A stretch of DNA of 64,000 bases. Source: Macrostomum lignano. Lineage: Eukaryota. The stretch covers positions 1,240,001 through 1,304,000 of the forward strand of contig NIVC01000001.1 in the NCBI GenBank assembly GCA_002269645.1, given 5' to 3'. The position numbers were made by a program, and so were the translations under genes. Within the stretch, counting starts at the first letter, position 1; each line of letters begins with the position of its first letter. The notes beneath the pieces are model-generated. The model was not told the DNA's origin. It did not search any database and worked only from the letters and a program-made list of their open reading frames with translations. Shown in pieces: positions 37,225-49,440 of the stretch.

Positions 37225-37650
37225 CTGGGATATCGGGATCTGGGATATCGGGATCTGGGATATCGGGATCTGGGATATCGGGATCTGGGATATCGGGATC
37301 TGGGATATCGGGATCTGGGATATCGGGATCTGGGATATCGGGATCTGGGATATCGGGATCTGGGATATCGGGATCTGGGATATCGGGATCTGGGATATCG
37401 GGATCTGGGATATCGGGATCTGGGATATCGGGATCTGGGATATCGGGATCTGGGATATCGGGATCTGGGATATCGGGATCTGGGATATCGGGATCTGGGA
37501 TATCGGGATCTGGGATATCGGGATCTGGGATATCGGGATCTGGGATATCGGGATCTGGGATATCGGGATCTGGGATATCGGGATCTGGGATATCGGGATC
37601 TGGGATATCGGGATCTGGGATATCGGGATCTGGGATATCGGGATCTGGGA
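37225..37650. repeat. Near-perfect 15-bp tandem repeat
   Basis: Unit CTGGGATATCGGGAT. Confidence 0.97.
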
Positions 37651-38164
37651 TTGCGGATATATTACAAAGTATCTTTACTATCTACCTGTATTTTTCATGC
37701 CTATAAAGCCTATACAATGCTGTAGTTTAGAAAATTCGATCAACAAAACGAAAATAAACAACTACGAGTGCACTTTTTCGAGGGATTCGTGGGGAAGGGA
37801 GGGGATAGAAAATTTCTGGTTGCCGGGGGTTGCTGAGCTCACCCCACAACCGGGAGTGAATCGAAGCGTGCAAGGCCCGAAGACGCCAACGTTAATGAGC
37901 TCGAGTGTGAACAGGAATGAGCATCGCTATTAGCCGAGAGAACATGCGCGAGTGCTCGCAATGCTGACTGACCAGTGCTTAATTAAGGTGGGTGAAAAGG
38001 GTTGTACCTTGCACGGCTTGCATGGTCATTGCAGGGGACAACTAGAGAATCAGGCTTGCTCGATTCTGCGTCAGAAAATATGCTCGCAGTCACAGCTTGT
38101 GAAACAGTAGTCACATCTCACCCTTTCCAAACATTTCATGACTACTAAGAGCTACAATCTTTCC

Positions 38165-39056
38165 TTTCTTGGCGCCGCACTTCCCACCAACTTGGTGCCT
38201 CACTTTCCTCCAACTTGGCGTCTCACTTTCCTCCAACTTGGCGTCTCACTTTCCTCCAACTTGGCGTCTCACTTTCCTCCAACTTGGCACCTCACTTTCT
38301 CATAAATTGGCGTCTCACTTTCTCATAAGCTGGCGCCTCACTTTCCCATAACTTGGCGCCTCACTTTTTCATAAATTAGCGTCGCACTTTCTCATAAGCT
38401 GGCGCCTCACTTTCCTCCAACTTAGCGCCTCGATCACTTTCCTCAAACTCAGCGCCTCACTTTCCTCAAACTCGGCGCCTCACTTTCCTCAAACTCGGCG
38501 CCTCACTTTTTTCAAACTGGGCGCCTCACTTTCCTCCAACTTGGCGCCTTACTTTCCAAAAACTTGGCGCCTCACTTTTTAAAAACTTGCCGCCTCACTT
38601 TCCCATAACTTGGCGCCTCATTTTCCCATAAATTGGCACCTCACTTTCTCATAAATTGGCGCCTCACTTTCCCATAACTTGGCGCCTCACTTTTCCATAA
38701 CTTGGCGCCTCACTTTTCTCCAACTTGGTGCCTCACTTTTCTCCAACTTGGCGCCTCACTTTCCTCCAACTTGGCGTCTCACTTTCCTCCAACTTGGCGC
38801 CTCACTATCCCATAAATTGGCGCCTCACTATCCCATAACTTGGCACCTCACTTTCCCATAACTTGGCGCCTCACTTTCCCATAACTTGGCGCCTCACTTT
38901 CCCATAACTTGGCACCTCACTTTCCCATAACTTGGCGCCTCACTTTCCCATAACTTGGCGCCTCACTTTCCCATAACTTGGCGCCTCACTTTCCCATAAC
39001 TTGGCGCCTCACTTTCCCATAACTTGGCGCCTCACTTTCCCATAACTTGGCACCTC
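38165..39056. repeat. 23-bp minisatellite
   Basis: Unit AACTTGGCGCCTCACTTTCCCAT and variants. Confidence 0.95.
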
Positions 39057-39589
39057 AATGTTCTTTCTTCTTCATTAGCGTTTTTAACTCTGCTTTAATA
39101 AATCTCTGCAGCAGAGAAAGCAGATAAAACAGCAATGGTCTACGCGGATCCACTTAACAGATTGGCATGAAAAGAAAAAAATCCAAGTAAAAACTGTCGC
39201 ATGAGGGCGCAGTTTTCAGCTACAGCTATAGTGCTCAATGTGCGCAATTTACCCATTAAACTGTATATATGAAAACCCTGTGCGTCACTTGACCAAAAAT
39301 TAGAACAGGGAGTAGTAAAGATCTTCGGAAATTTCCTTTACAGCTCACCGCGAAGCTCACCTGTTTATTGTTACCCGTAATTTTAATGTTAGTCAAGATC
39401 TATGAATAATCCGTTGGGTAACGCGTGCTGAGGAATCAGTGAGGCGCGGCAATAGAAATTCCAAGGAGTTGCTCTCTCTCTCTCTCTCTCTTGCGAATAA
39501 ACAAAGGTACAACTAAAGTGTGTATACTTAGTGTCCAAGGCCGAAGGTAAAGTGCTAGCCTGCACGAGAGAAAGAGAGAGTGACAGTGA

Positions 39590-39716
39590 CTGACAGACAG
39601 ACACGAGACAGAGACAGAGACAGAGACAGACAGAGGCGGTTTACAGAGAGAGACAGACAGACGGAGACAGTTTACAGAGGTAGACAGACAGTCAGACAGA
39701 GACAGTTTACAGAGGT

Positions 39717-39747
<31 letters not shown>

Positions 39748-39907
39748 GTTTGCAGAGGTAGACAGACAAACAGACAGACAGACGGAGACAGTTTGCAGAG
39801 GTAGACAGACAGACAGACGGAGACAGTTTACAGAGGTAGACAGACAGACAGACGGAGACAGTTTACAGAGGTAGACAGACAGACAGACGGAGACAGTTTG
39901 CAGAGGT

Positions 39908-39938
<31 letters not shown>

Positions 39939-40300
39939 GTTTGCAGAGGTAGACAGACAAACAGACAGACAGACGGAGACAGTTTGCAGAGGTAGACAGA
40001 CAGACAGACGGAGACAGTTTACAGAGGTAGACAGACAGACAGACGGAGACAGTTTACAGAGGTAGACAGACAGACAGACGAAGACAGTTTACAGAGGTAG
40101 ACAGACAGACAGACGGAGACAGTTTGCAGAGGTAGACAGACAGACGGAGACAGTTTACAGAGGTAGACAGACAGACAGAGGCAGTTTACAGTTGTAGACA
40201 GACAGACAGACAGAGACAGTTTACAGAGGTAGACAGACAGACAGACGGAGACAGTTTACAGAGGTAGACAGACAGACAGACGGAGACAGTTTGCAGAGGT

Positions 40301-40331
<31 letters not shown>

Positions 40332-40825
40332 GTTTGCAGAGGTAGACAGACAAACAGACAGACAGACGGAGACAGTTTGCAGAGGTAGACAGACAGACAG
40401 ACGGAGACAGTTTACAGAGGTAGACAGACAGACAGACGGAGACAGTTTACAGAGGTAGACAGACAGACAGACGAAGACAGTTTACAGAGGTAGACAGACA
40501 GACAGACGGAGACAGTTTGCAGAGGTAGACAGACAGACGGAGACAGTTTACAGAGGTAGACAGACAGACAGAGGCAGTTTACAGTTGTAGACAGACAGAC
40601 AGACAGAGACAGTTTACAGAGGTAGACAGACAGACAGACGGAGACAGTTTGCAGAGGTAGACAGACAGACGGAGACAGTTTACAGAGGTAGACAGACAGA
40701 CAGAGGCAGTTTACAGTTGTAGACAGACAGACAGACAGAGACAGTTTACAGAGGTAGACAGACAGACAGACGGAGACAGTTTACAGAGGTAGACAGACAG
40801 ACAGACGGAGACAGTTTGCAGAGGT

Positions 40826-40856
<31 letters not shown>

Positions 40857-41218
40857 GTTTGCAGAGGTAGACAGACAAACAGACAGACAGACGGAGACAG
40901 TTTGCAGAGGTAGACAGACAGACAGACGGAGACAGTTTACAGAGGTAGACAGACAGACAGACGGAGACAGTTTACAGAGGTAGACAGACAGACAGACGAA
41001 GACAGTTTACAGAGGTAGACAGACAGACAGACGGAGACAGTTTGCAGAGGTAGACAGACAGACGGAGACAGTTTACAGAGGTAGACAGACAGACAGAGGC
41101 AGTTTACAGTTGTAGACAGACAGACAGACAGAGACAGTTTACAGAGGTAGACAGACAGACAGACGGAGACAGTTTACAGAGGTAGACAGACAGACAGACG
41201 GAGACAGTTTGCAGAGGT

Positions 41219-41249
<31 letters not shown>

Positions 41250-41700
41250 GTTTGCAGAGGTAGACAGACAAACAGACAGACAGACGGAGACAGTTTGCAG
41301 AGGTAGACAGACAGACAGACGGAGACAGTTTACAGAGGTAGACAGACAGACAGACGGAGACAGTTTACAGAGGTAGACAGACAGACAGACGAAGACAGTT
41401 TACAGAGGTAGACAGACAGACAGACGGAGACAGTTTGCAGAGGTAGACAGACAGACGGAGACAGTTTACAGAGGTAGACAGACAGACAGAGGCAGTTTAC
41501 AGTTGTAGACAGACAGACAGACAGAGACAGTTTACAGAGGTAGACAGACAGACAGACGGAGACAGTTTGCAGAGGTAGACAGACAGACGGAGACAGTTTA
41601 CAGAGGTAGACAGACAGACAGAGACAGTTTACAGTTGTAGACAGACAGGCACACAGAGACAGTTTACAGAGGTAGAGAGACAGGTAGTTTAAAAAGGTAG
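39590..41700. repeat. Compound satellite with higher-order repeat structure
   Basis: Unit GAGACAGTTT(A/G)CAGAGGTA(GACA)n. The variant GAGAAAGTTTGCAG...GACAAACAG recurs at about 39.74, 39.94, 40.33, 40.85 and 41.25 kb. Confidence 0.9.
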
Positions 41701-44080
41701 ATAGGCAGAAACATTTGGAGGTAGCCAGGGCCGGGTAGACAGACGGACAGAGACTGTCTAGGCCGACACGAGCTTCAGCCTCCTTAATTGAGTTTTTTGT
41801 CAACGAAACGTTTAAAAACTCCATGTTCGAGAAACCACTATTCGCTATTTACCTACAGTAAAAAAACAAACACTAAAATTGCATTGCTGCAGCTGAGAGA
41901 GCTGAAACGGATAGAGCGCATAGGGAGCTAACGAGCTAAATTAGAGAATTAAAAATTCCTAAAAATATTTTTTTACAATCCTAAATGGAAACTTAGAAAC
42001 TTTTCGAAACCCTGAAGATTCTGACCCGAACACCCCAAGGGGTTACGCTTTTGATAGAAGGCGGACCCAATGTTCATCTTCTGATATCTTGCCTTTCTTG
42101 CCTAATAGCTCTGCTGCAACTTCCAACCCATACTCGCTCGCTCGTGTACTGTCACCCTTTTGTTGACAATCGTAAAAATAGAGATTCTACTAAGTTTGAA
42201 TAGAGCCAGCCGCCGTAAGCTGTTTCTAGACAGAAAAACCCACTTTTAGCTTAAAAATAGGCTTGTATAATAACAAGCGAGTCACGTGAAAATACGATAA
42301 TAATAAAATATGCCTGTGTTTTTCTGCACAGTTTCGTTATTCTGCATTTTTCTATAAAATGCCTGTTATGCCATTCGGGGTCACGTCTAGTTCTAGTCAG
42401 GACCACAGGGCTTTGGGTGAGACACTCGGTGCTCGTTTATAATCGAGTTTTGACGAGTAGTTATAAACAACACTCAAGATTTGATGACGACGGGAACCAC
42501 GGATTGAAAGTTTGAGAGTAATATTTAATAAAGGGCTAGGAGAATACTCGGTACCTGGTACTCAGTCACTCACCTGCGCTGCAATGCTGGGAATCCGCTG
42601 GATAAAAAGATCTCAATAGAAGTGATGTATTATAATTTTACGCGTATTTATTAGTACGTTAAAACTGATTCAATTTGAATAAAAAACGCAAACAAGCGAA
42701 GTCCAATATAAATAAATAGCGACTTTATCGGGCCGCGGAGGCCAACTGAAGATTGTAATTGGCTGCCGTAACTGCTGCAATAGGCCTCTGTAGCTATGTA
42801 CACACTCTGCTGAATGTACATGCTTTTCTAGCTCAGATAATTTTACTGGTGCTTTTCGCGCCCCTGGCTTTGGCAATATTAATTTCACCAAACAAAACAC
42901 GAAGGGTGAATAAACTCACCAGCTATAATAAGAAAATTACGCGCGTCGGCTCTTATGCGCTATCTTAGCACCCCCTCCCCACCAAACTAAATTGCCTCTG
43001 CGCAAGAGTCGCGCGCACGCCCGGGTGGCGGGCGGTGTGCGGAATGACTCGAATGAGTAAGTGTACACTTTTTAAAAATTCAAACGCGGGTCAAGGCAAA
43101 ACGCGGCCACTAGCCAATGTGTATTAAAGTAAGGGTTAGCAAATACCACTTTGGGAATGGAAAACAACTTGTAGCTAAACTACTAAAATTGATATCAAAC
43201 TATCGCGACCGCCACTAAAAGCCTTGGCTGATTTGTTTCAAATTATTTTAATCAATAGTTTTAAATATGCACGCGCTGTGTGATCTATCTGGTAGGGTCG
43301 TATTAAAAAATGCGCTAAATTGCCCATTTGCACCAATGTACAGCTGGCGCCCCCTCTGTACCTGTGCAAACCCCTGGGCTCTGGCGCTGAAAGGTACAAC
43401 CACTAGGCCTCGTCCCTTAGACTCTTTCCGCCTCTGGATGGTGCGGTAGCTGACGTTGCGACCAAGATCCCATTACCTATAGACTCCGGGCCCGGGTTGT
43501 TTGAAGGTACACGCCAGAGGTGCGGGGTATACACCCGGTAAAATCTCTCACTAACGAGACGGGACTCCCGGTCTGCAACAGTTCTTAACCCCACCTGTAC
43601 TAGAAAGGGCCGATTAATGGACTCTATGCGAGGCTTACAAGGACAGTCCAGTCAGTGCTGGAAACGATTCCACTTTTGCATGGGGGTCTTTGAGCTGGTG
43701 AGCGGTTTTAGACTACGATTCCCTCCTAAGCCCCGGGATTCCAAGGGTGGATAATAGATAACGCCATATTAATATCTTTACTCCTAGATGGGTTCGATGC
43801 AGCAGGAGATGGGGAAGTGCAGGTCTCAGAGCCCAGAGCTGCACATCCTACGGGGACTTATTTAGAAGTATTGTTATACTGCTATGATCATTTGGTTAAA
43901 TTCGGTTCATACTCGGTGATCTTCCACTCTGATCCTCAGCTTCTAGTCCATGCCCTGCGACACGCGCACTTACTACTCACATTTCATGTCACGTCTCATA
44001 TTAAATAAATAAACAGACAGAAACAAACGAGTTGAATTATAGCTAATGCCCTGAAATACTGGCCCTAAAACTGGCCTTAA

Positions 44081-46549
44081 CCCTTAGATGCCGGGTGGCT
44101 AGCAGAGCTGACCATAGCCATAGAATAGAAGGTGACGAGAAAAAAAATTGGTAGTCTACGAGTATGGCCAGTGAGGCGCAGAATTGCAGCTCCTTTCCTG
44201 CCGAACATGGTCAGCTGAGCTGACCATGGAATAAATAGCGCACTCACTCAGTCTGTAGCACTCTGTAGCGACCACTAGAGCAACTTTCATGTACTAACAA
44301 TGGCACAGAAGAAAGATGCAGTTTATTGTTGAATTAATTTCGAACTATAAAGTTAAAGGGAAAGTTAAAGTTAAAGTTCAAGCAAAAGAAGATATTTGTC
44401 CAAAAGCAACAAAAAATTTATGATTTTGAGACGCAACTACATGTACGCTCGTATAGTAGCATATAATAATACAGGGAACAATATTGTGGTAGAGTGCCGC
44501 AGTTGGACATTTAATTATTTTTGTCTTAACATAAAGGTAAAAAATTAATAGTCAATGCCGAATACAAACGCGAATTATATAGTACGGCTGGTGAAAGGAG
44601 TTCTTTAATTCAGTGATTCACATGCCACCGTTCAAAGCAGGGACTTGGGCACAGTCCAGGTGCATTCGGACACGCACTGCAGCAGAACACGGTGCGCTTC
44701 GCAGTGCCGTTGCGGTAGCACACGCGGCATCGCTTCACCGGCCTCGGGCACGATTCCCTCGGAGGCAGCTTTGATGGAAAGTGCTGCTGAGCTGCGGCCG
44801 CCGCTGGTTGCCTAGCTGCCGTTCGCTGTCTTCCTGGTCCCGTGGAGTCAACCAGTAGGGTGATACAGCTCTCCAGGAATTTGAAGAACTGCAGCCGGCC
44901 ACCGTGCTTTGAGTATACAACCCATGCATTGTGTACAAGCAGCAGGCAGAGATGAAACCCCAACTTATGAAACCACTTGTAGGTTTTGCGGCAGCTGTCG
45001 TACGGTTTCAGCATGGCATCGAGTCGGTCAACGCCTCCCATGCAGCGGTTGTACAGCAGGTTCGAGGCGCTTTTCTGCACTTGCACAGCTTCACCATTCT
45101 TGCGAATTCGGTTCGTCGCTACTTTCTGAGCTGAGCCGTGGGTGTCGATCATGAAGAATGTTTTCAAGCCGCTTTCCTTGCGCTCCAGGATTTTCATGGC
45201 CAGCACTGGCAGCTTCCTCATGAAAACTACGTCATTCAACGGCACCTGCTGACTGCGCAATGCCAACGGCACTCCACGGTCGGCTCGAACAGTTGCTGTC
45301 AGCAGTGTGCTGCGTTCGTACAGAAAAGTCGCAAGCCGTACTGAGGCAAACCACTTGTCGACGAAAAGGTGATAGCCGAAACCGAGCAGGTCCTTGCAAA
45401 GGTGTTTTACGATTTTCTCGCTTAGAGACAGCTGGTCACAACCGAGGTCGTCGCCAAAATGAGAGTTCTCTTCAGCAGTCGAATGTACTAGAAAGTTATA
45501 CAGGTAGCCAGATGCAGACTCACAGGCGCAGTACATTTTAATTCCAACTCTGGCTCTCTTCGATGGGATGTACTGCCTAAACTGAAGGCGCCCCTTGTAC
45601 AGAATCAGGGACTCGTCGACGCTGACCTGCTGCTCCGGCTGGTACACGTTCGCGCAGAGCTGCTGAGCCAGACGGAGCAGCGGCCGAATCTTGTGCAGTG
45701 GGTCGTTCGAGGCGGGTGCTCGTGCATCGTAGAAACGAAGGAAGGCCAGCAGTTGCTTGAATCGGTCACGGGTCAAGCCATTGGGCGATTGAAAAAACGG
45801 AGTACTGTGAATGACACTGGTGCTCCAGTAATCATGCAGTTCCGGCTTCCGTGAGATGCCCATGAACAGGTACATACCCAACAGCTTGGATATCTCACTG
45901 CGGTTTGTGTCCTTCCATGACTTCAGCAAGCTCGAAACATCTTCTCCATCATGTGTCGCCTGCTCATACTCAGCCCAAGCTTTTGCGTTTGTCCACTCCA
46001 CGATCTTATACAGCAGCTCATCGGTTAGAAACAGTCGTAGAAAATATTGGATGTCTTCACGGTCTTCGGGAAGGACAATGCTGGGGTTTACACCCGAAAT
46101 TCCAGTGAAACTGGGGCCGTCTTCAACAATGTCTTCGCCTGGCTCCACAAACTGCCAATCGTCTTCTACTTCGCTGATAGTGACCGACTCAGACGACTCG
46201 GAGTTCTCCGCTATTCCAGCGTCACTTTCGGAGTCGGAAGTCAACAGAATATCCATATTTGGATTGATTTGAATTACATGAATAGAATTGTACAGAATTT
46301 GGCACAGCCTTAATATACTAAAACTGGACTGTCTATGGCCAGTCTTGTACAGTTTTGATAAGCGTGTGTGCAACCCATTCCAAATGTACATTCTCCTTCA
46401 ACCCTAGATTAGACCAGCGATGGCTGGCTTATCGGCAGGAGTGGCAGTGCAATTCAGTTCACTGAAAACTTGAAATAGTCTATGGTCAGCTCTGCTGACC
46501 ATGCCGGCAGGAACGGAGCTTTCTATTTAGGAATTCAGGCTTGAAAAGG
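44081..46549 (-). mobile_element. piggyBac DNA transposon
   Basis: TTAA|CCCTTAGATGCC... ...GGCTTGAAAAGG|TTAA (imperfect TIRs). Subterminal inverted repeats: AGCTCCTTTCCTGCCGAACATGGTCAGC at about 44190 and GCTGACCATGCCGGCAGGAACGGAGCT at about 46495. Encloses a transposase ORF. Confidence 0.85.
44610..46256 (-). CDS. piggyBac transposase, PGBD4-like (548 aa from the ATG at 46256)
   Basis: Uninterrupted ORF with an acidic N-terminus, VSVDES / LFVDKWF / GVDRLD (DDD triad) and a C-terminal Cys-rich domain RCRVC...CSAC...LC...CF..WH. Confidence 0.95.
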   Translation of the reverse strand: MDILLTSDSESDAGIAENSESSESVTISEVEDDWQFVEPGEDIVEDGPSFTGISGVNPSIVLPEDREDIQYFLRLFLTDELLYKIVEWTNAKAWAEYEQATHDGEDVSSLLKSWKDTNRSEISKLLGMYLFMGISRKPELHDYWSTSVIHSTPFFQSPNGLTRDRFKQLLAFLRFYDARAPASNDPLHKIRPLLRLAQQLCANVYQPEQQVSVDESLILYKGRLQFRQYIPSKRARVGIKMYCACESASGYLYNFLVHSTAEENSHFGDDLGCDQLSLSEKIVKHLCKDLLGFGYHLFVDKWFASVRLATFLYERSTLLTATVRADRGVPLALRSQQVPLNDVVFMRKLPVLAMKILERKESGLKTFFMIDTHGSAQKVATNRIRKNGEAVQVQKSASNLLYNRCMGGVDRLDAMLKPYDSCRKTYKWFHKLGFHLCLLLVHNAWVVYSKHGGRLQFFKFLESCITLLVDSTGPGRQRTAARQPAAAAAQQHFPSKLPPRESCPRPVKRCRVCYRNGTAKRTVFCCSACPNAPGLCPSPCFERWHVNH

Positions 46550-46984
46550 TTAACCTCTCGGTTAATTATTAAAACGGAATTAATAAGTTAAGATTGAAAA
46601 CTAGGAGATGCAGATGATCAAGGGGGGAGACCGGGGCTGACTATACCCAACGCCAGCCCAGTGCAACAGAGAAAGAAATACGAGTACCTTACAGACGCGA
46701 CCGACGGGCAGGGCTGCTTGGCGCGGTGGTCGTCAGATGGTCACGGCGGGCGGTTGCAGTCACGGACGATCAGTCCAGGAGAGGCGCGTTGGGAGGTTAA
46801 AGCCAAGGGAAGTTACAGCTCAGCACGGTGGTTACAGCTCAGCGCCGAAAAGGGTGAAGGGGCTCCGAACGGTTGTTGCAGCTCCGAAGGGTCCGTAAGG
46901 AAACAGAAGGGGAAGAAGAAGGAAGCGGGAAGAGGGAAACGCTTGCCCCTTTATGCTCAAACAGCTCCCATGGAACGGTAGGCA

Positions 46985-47300
46985 GTCCAGGCAAGCCCGG
47001 CACGCAGAGCACGACGGTCTTCTGCGTGTTGACCACCAGGCCGACGCTCGCCACAACGCTTAACAGCCGGTCCAGCTGGCGCTTTGCTCCCTCGACGGTC
47101 AAGAACAGCAGGGCGAGATCGTCGGCGTAGCCATGCAAGCACGCTGAGACGCCTCTTCGGTTGGCGTCGACCCAGGCGTCGCTACAGCAGGAAGCCGTCG
47201 TCTTTAGAAGGGAGAGCAGTCCGCATCACCCAGTCAAGCACCAGAACGAACAGGAACGGCGCAGGCGTGACGGCCTGCTGGATCCCGTTTGCCGCTGCAG
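46985..47300 (-). pseudogene. Non-LTR retrotransposon reverse transcriptase fragment (RTE-like)
   Basis: GYADDLALL...AKRQLDRLLSVVASVGLVVNTQKTVVLCVP carries the YADD catalytic motif. The frame breaks on both sides. Confidence 0.8.
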
Positions 47301-47696
47301 GTAGACAGCCGCCTGCTCAGACAGCATAAAATTTTATATAACATGAGAAAATTTAGGCAGCTGCAACTTACTACACAGTATTCACTGTTAATAATACCCT
47401 CGAAGGCCACTGAACTATATACGCAAGTAACAATTGATGTAAGAACTCAAAACACAAATTAAAACAAAAAAATCCTGCCTTACATGCATGCCTCTAAAGC
47501 ATCAATCAAATTATCATATTTTGAATACATCATGTTTACGAGCTACTTCGATCGAACTTTTAGTTAATTTTTGTCTATGGAAAAGCTTAAAAGCAGCAAC
47601 CATCTACTATGCTGTTGGCCAGCCTTATCATCACTCTTTAGCTTAGCATCGCTCAGTTTCCCAGACCCCGCCTACTTAAGCCAGCAAACGCATTCA

Positions 47697-48768
47697 ATGG
47701 AACTGCCAAGAACTGAATGGCGAGCAATTCTGCTCAGCCACTTTCATGCGGGACGCAAAGCAGCCGAGGCACATCGCGAGTTGTTGCACGAGTGTACGAG
47801 TACGTGGTTCTCTCGCTTTGCTGAGGAGAACTCTGAGCTGCAGGACAAGCCGAGGTCAGGTCGACCCCCTGCTGCTCATGGCAATGCCGTTCTCCAAGCC
47901 CGTTCTCCGGACAATCCGGACTACAGCGTGCGCAAGCTGTCAGTGCTACTGGGGTGTCCTGTGGCACGGTCCGGCGGAGCCTGCATGCTGCGGACAAGGT
48001 GCCGAAGAAGCCTACTCTGGTGCCCCATGAGTTGACACCTCAGAAGCTGAGAGCCAGGGTGGATGTGGCAACTTCGAATCTTCGCCAGGCCGGTTCGCCA
48101 AACTTTCTCAAGTCGATAATCGCTCAAGACGAGAAGTGGGTCTGCCATGAGAACCCAAGCACATCAGCCGTCTGGGTCGATGCTTCTGAAGAACCACCCA
48201 GCTGCCCAATGCGGAACCCCCACTGCAGCAAGGAGCTGCCCTCTTTCTGGTTCTGCTCGTCTGGCCCTGTTTTCTGGGAGGTCATCCCGCATGGCATGGC
48301 TGTGAACGCGGAGGTTATCTGCAGCGAACTTCATGGAGCACGCAGGTCGCCCGTTTGCTGCGATCCGTGTGCCCGGGACACCGCGACAAGGTGTCCCTCT
48401 TCGACAATGCGCGGCCTCACAAAGCAAGACTCACCCAGGCCAAGCCTGGGCTTCAGTGTTTTGCCCCACCCACCATACTCGCCAGACCTCTAGCCATGCG
48501 ACTACCATGTGTTCAGATCCCTCCAGAGCTTTTGTGATGGACAGCGGTTCACCAACAAGCAACATGTGGAGCAGGCAGTGCAGAAATGGATAGATTCAAA
48601 GCCTGCGAGCTTCTGGAGGGAGGCGATCGAGGCATTGCCAGCAAGATGAGAGATGGTCAGGGCCTTGAATGGCAACTACATCACATCGCTGTAAACTGTT
48701 TGTTCTTGACACTATTTGTTACAGTTTTCAATTGTTCAAATTCCGGAAACTTTTGGCTCACCCTAATA
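47697..48768 (+). mobile_element. Decayed mariner transposon (frameshifted D,D-type transposase)
   Basis: Motifs WFSRF...QDKPRSGRP, LVPHELT, DEKW, DNARPH and HPPYSPDL are spread over several frames, ending at TAA 48694. A right-TIR-like CCGGAAACTTTTGGCTCACCCTAATA lies at 48743-48768. I found no matching left TIR. Confidence 0.85.
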
Positions 48769-48824
48769 GCTGCAGGGGGCTCCGTGTGTCTGGAAACAGC
48801 GAGGAGGCGTTGCCACCCATTTTG

Positions 48825-49440
48825 CTAACCCCTGGTGACCACGGGCAGCTGGTGCTGCGGTGTCGCGCAGGGAGTTCCGGTGGTGCCGGTGTCTGCAGCG
48901 CGGTCCCCCTCCGGAGAGTCCAAGAGGTGGATTGTCGCTCGCCCGGTAGCCCTTAGGTAGCGGACGAGCTGGCAGAGATTCTCGGGCCTGAAAACGTCGG
49001 AGACGTCCGGGTTTGGGCCGAGGTAGGTGAGCCTGTCCTGAGTAAAGGCGGGGCATTCACAGATAAAGTGCACCGCATTCTCGACACCGGAGAGGCAGAA
49101 TGGGCATTCCTCGCTGCGCATTTTTCCCTGGAGGTAACGATGCTTGGCAATACAGCCATGGACCCGAGAGGGCCAGGTCACCGCCCTGATGTCCCTGCAG
49201 TTGAGTCCAAGCAGGACCCTGCGCAGGGCGGAGGAAGGACAGGGGACAGCCGCGTGGGATTGCCGGCAGTCGGGGGCGTTAGCCCACCTCTCCCTGTGCT
49301 TAGAAGCTACCGTTACCCACTGGTTGATCCGAGTGGTGACAACGGCGATGGGGGTGGGGGCCATGGGCAGACCAGTAAAAGAACCGGTCGTGCCAGTCTT
49401 GGCCAGCCGATCGGCCATTCAGCCTGGGTACTGGCCCGTA
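48825..49440 (-). pseudogene. 5'-truncated LINE 3' end (end of RNase H plus CCHC zinc knuckle; I/R1/LOA-like)
   Basis: ADRLAKTG (RNase H end) ... [21 protein letters not shown] (CxxC...H...C). Confidence 0.8.

Noticed and set aside
46257-46391. Upstream extension of the piggyBac ORF from the track's start codon
   Set aside because: It is AT-rich, lacks transposase features and precedes the typical acidic N-terminus. The ATG at 46256 is preferred.
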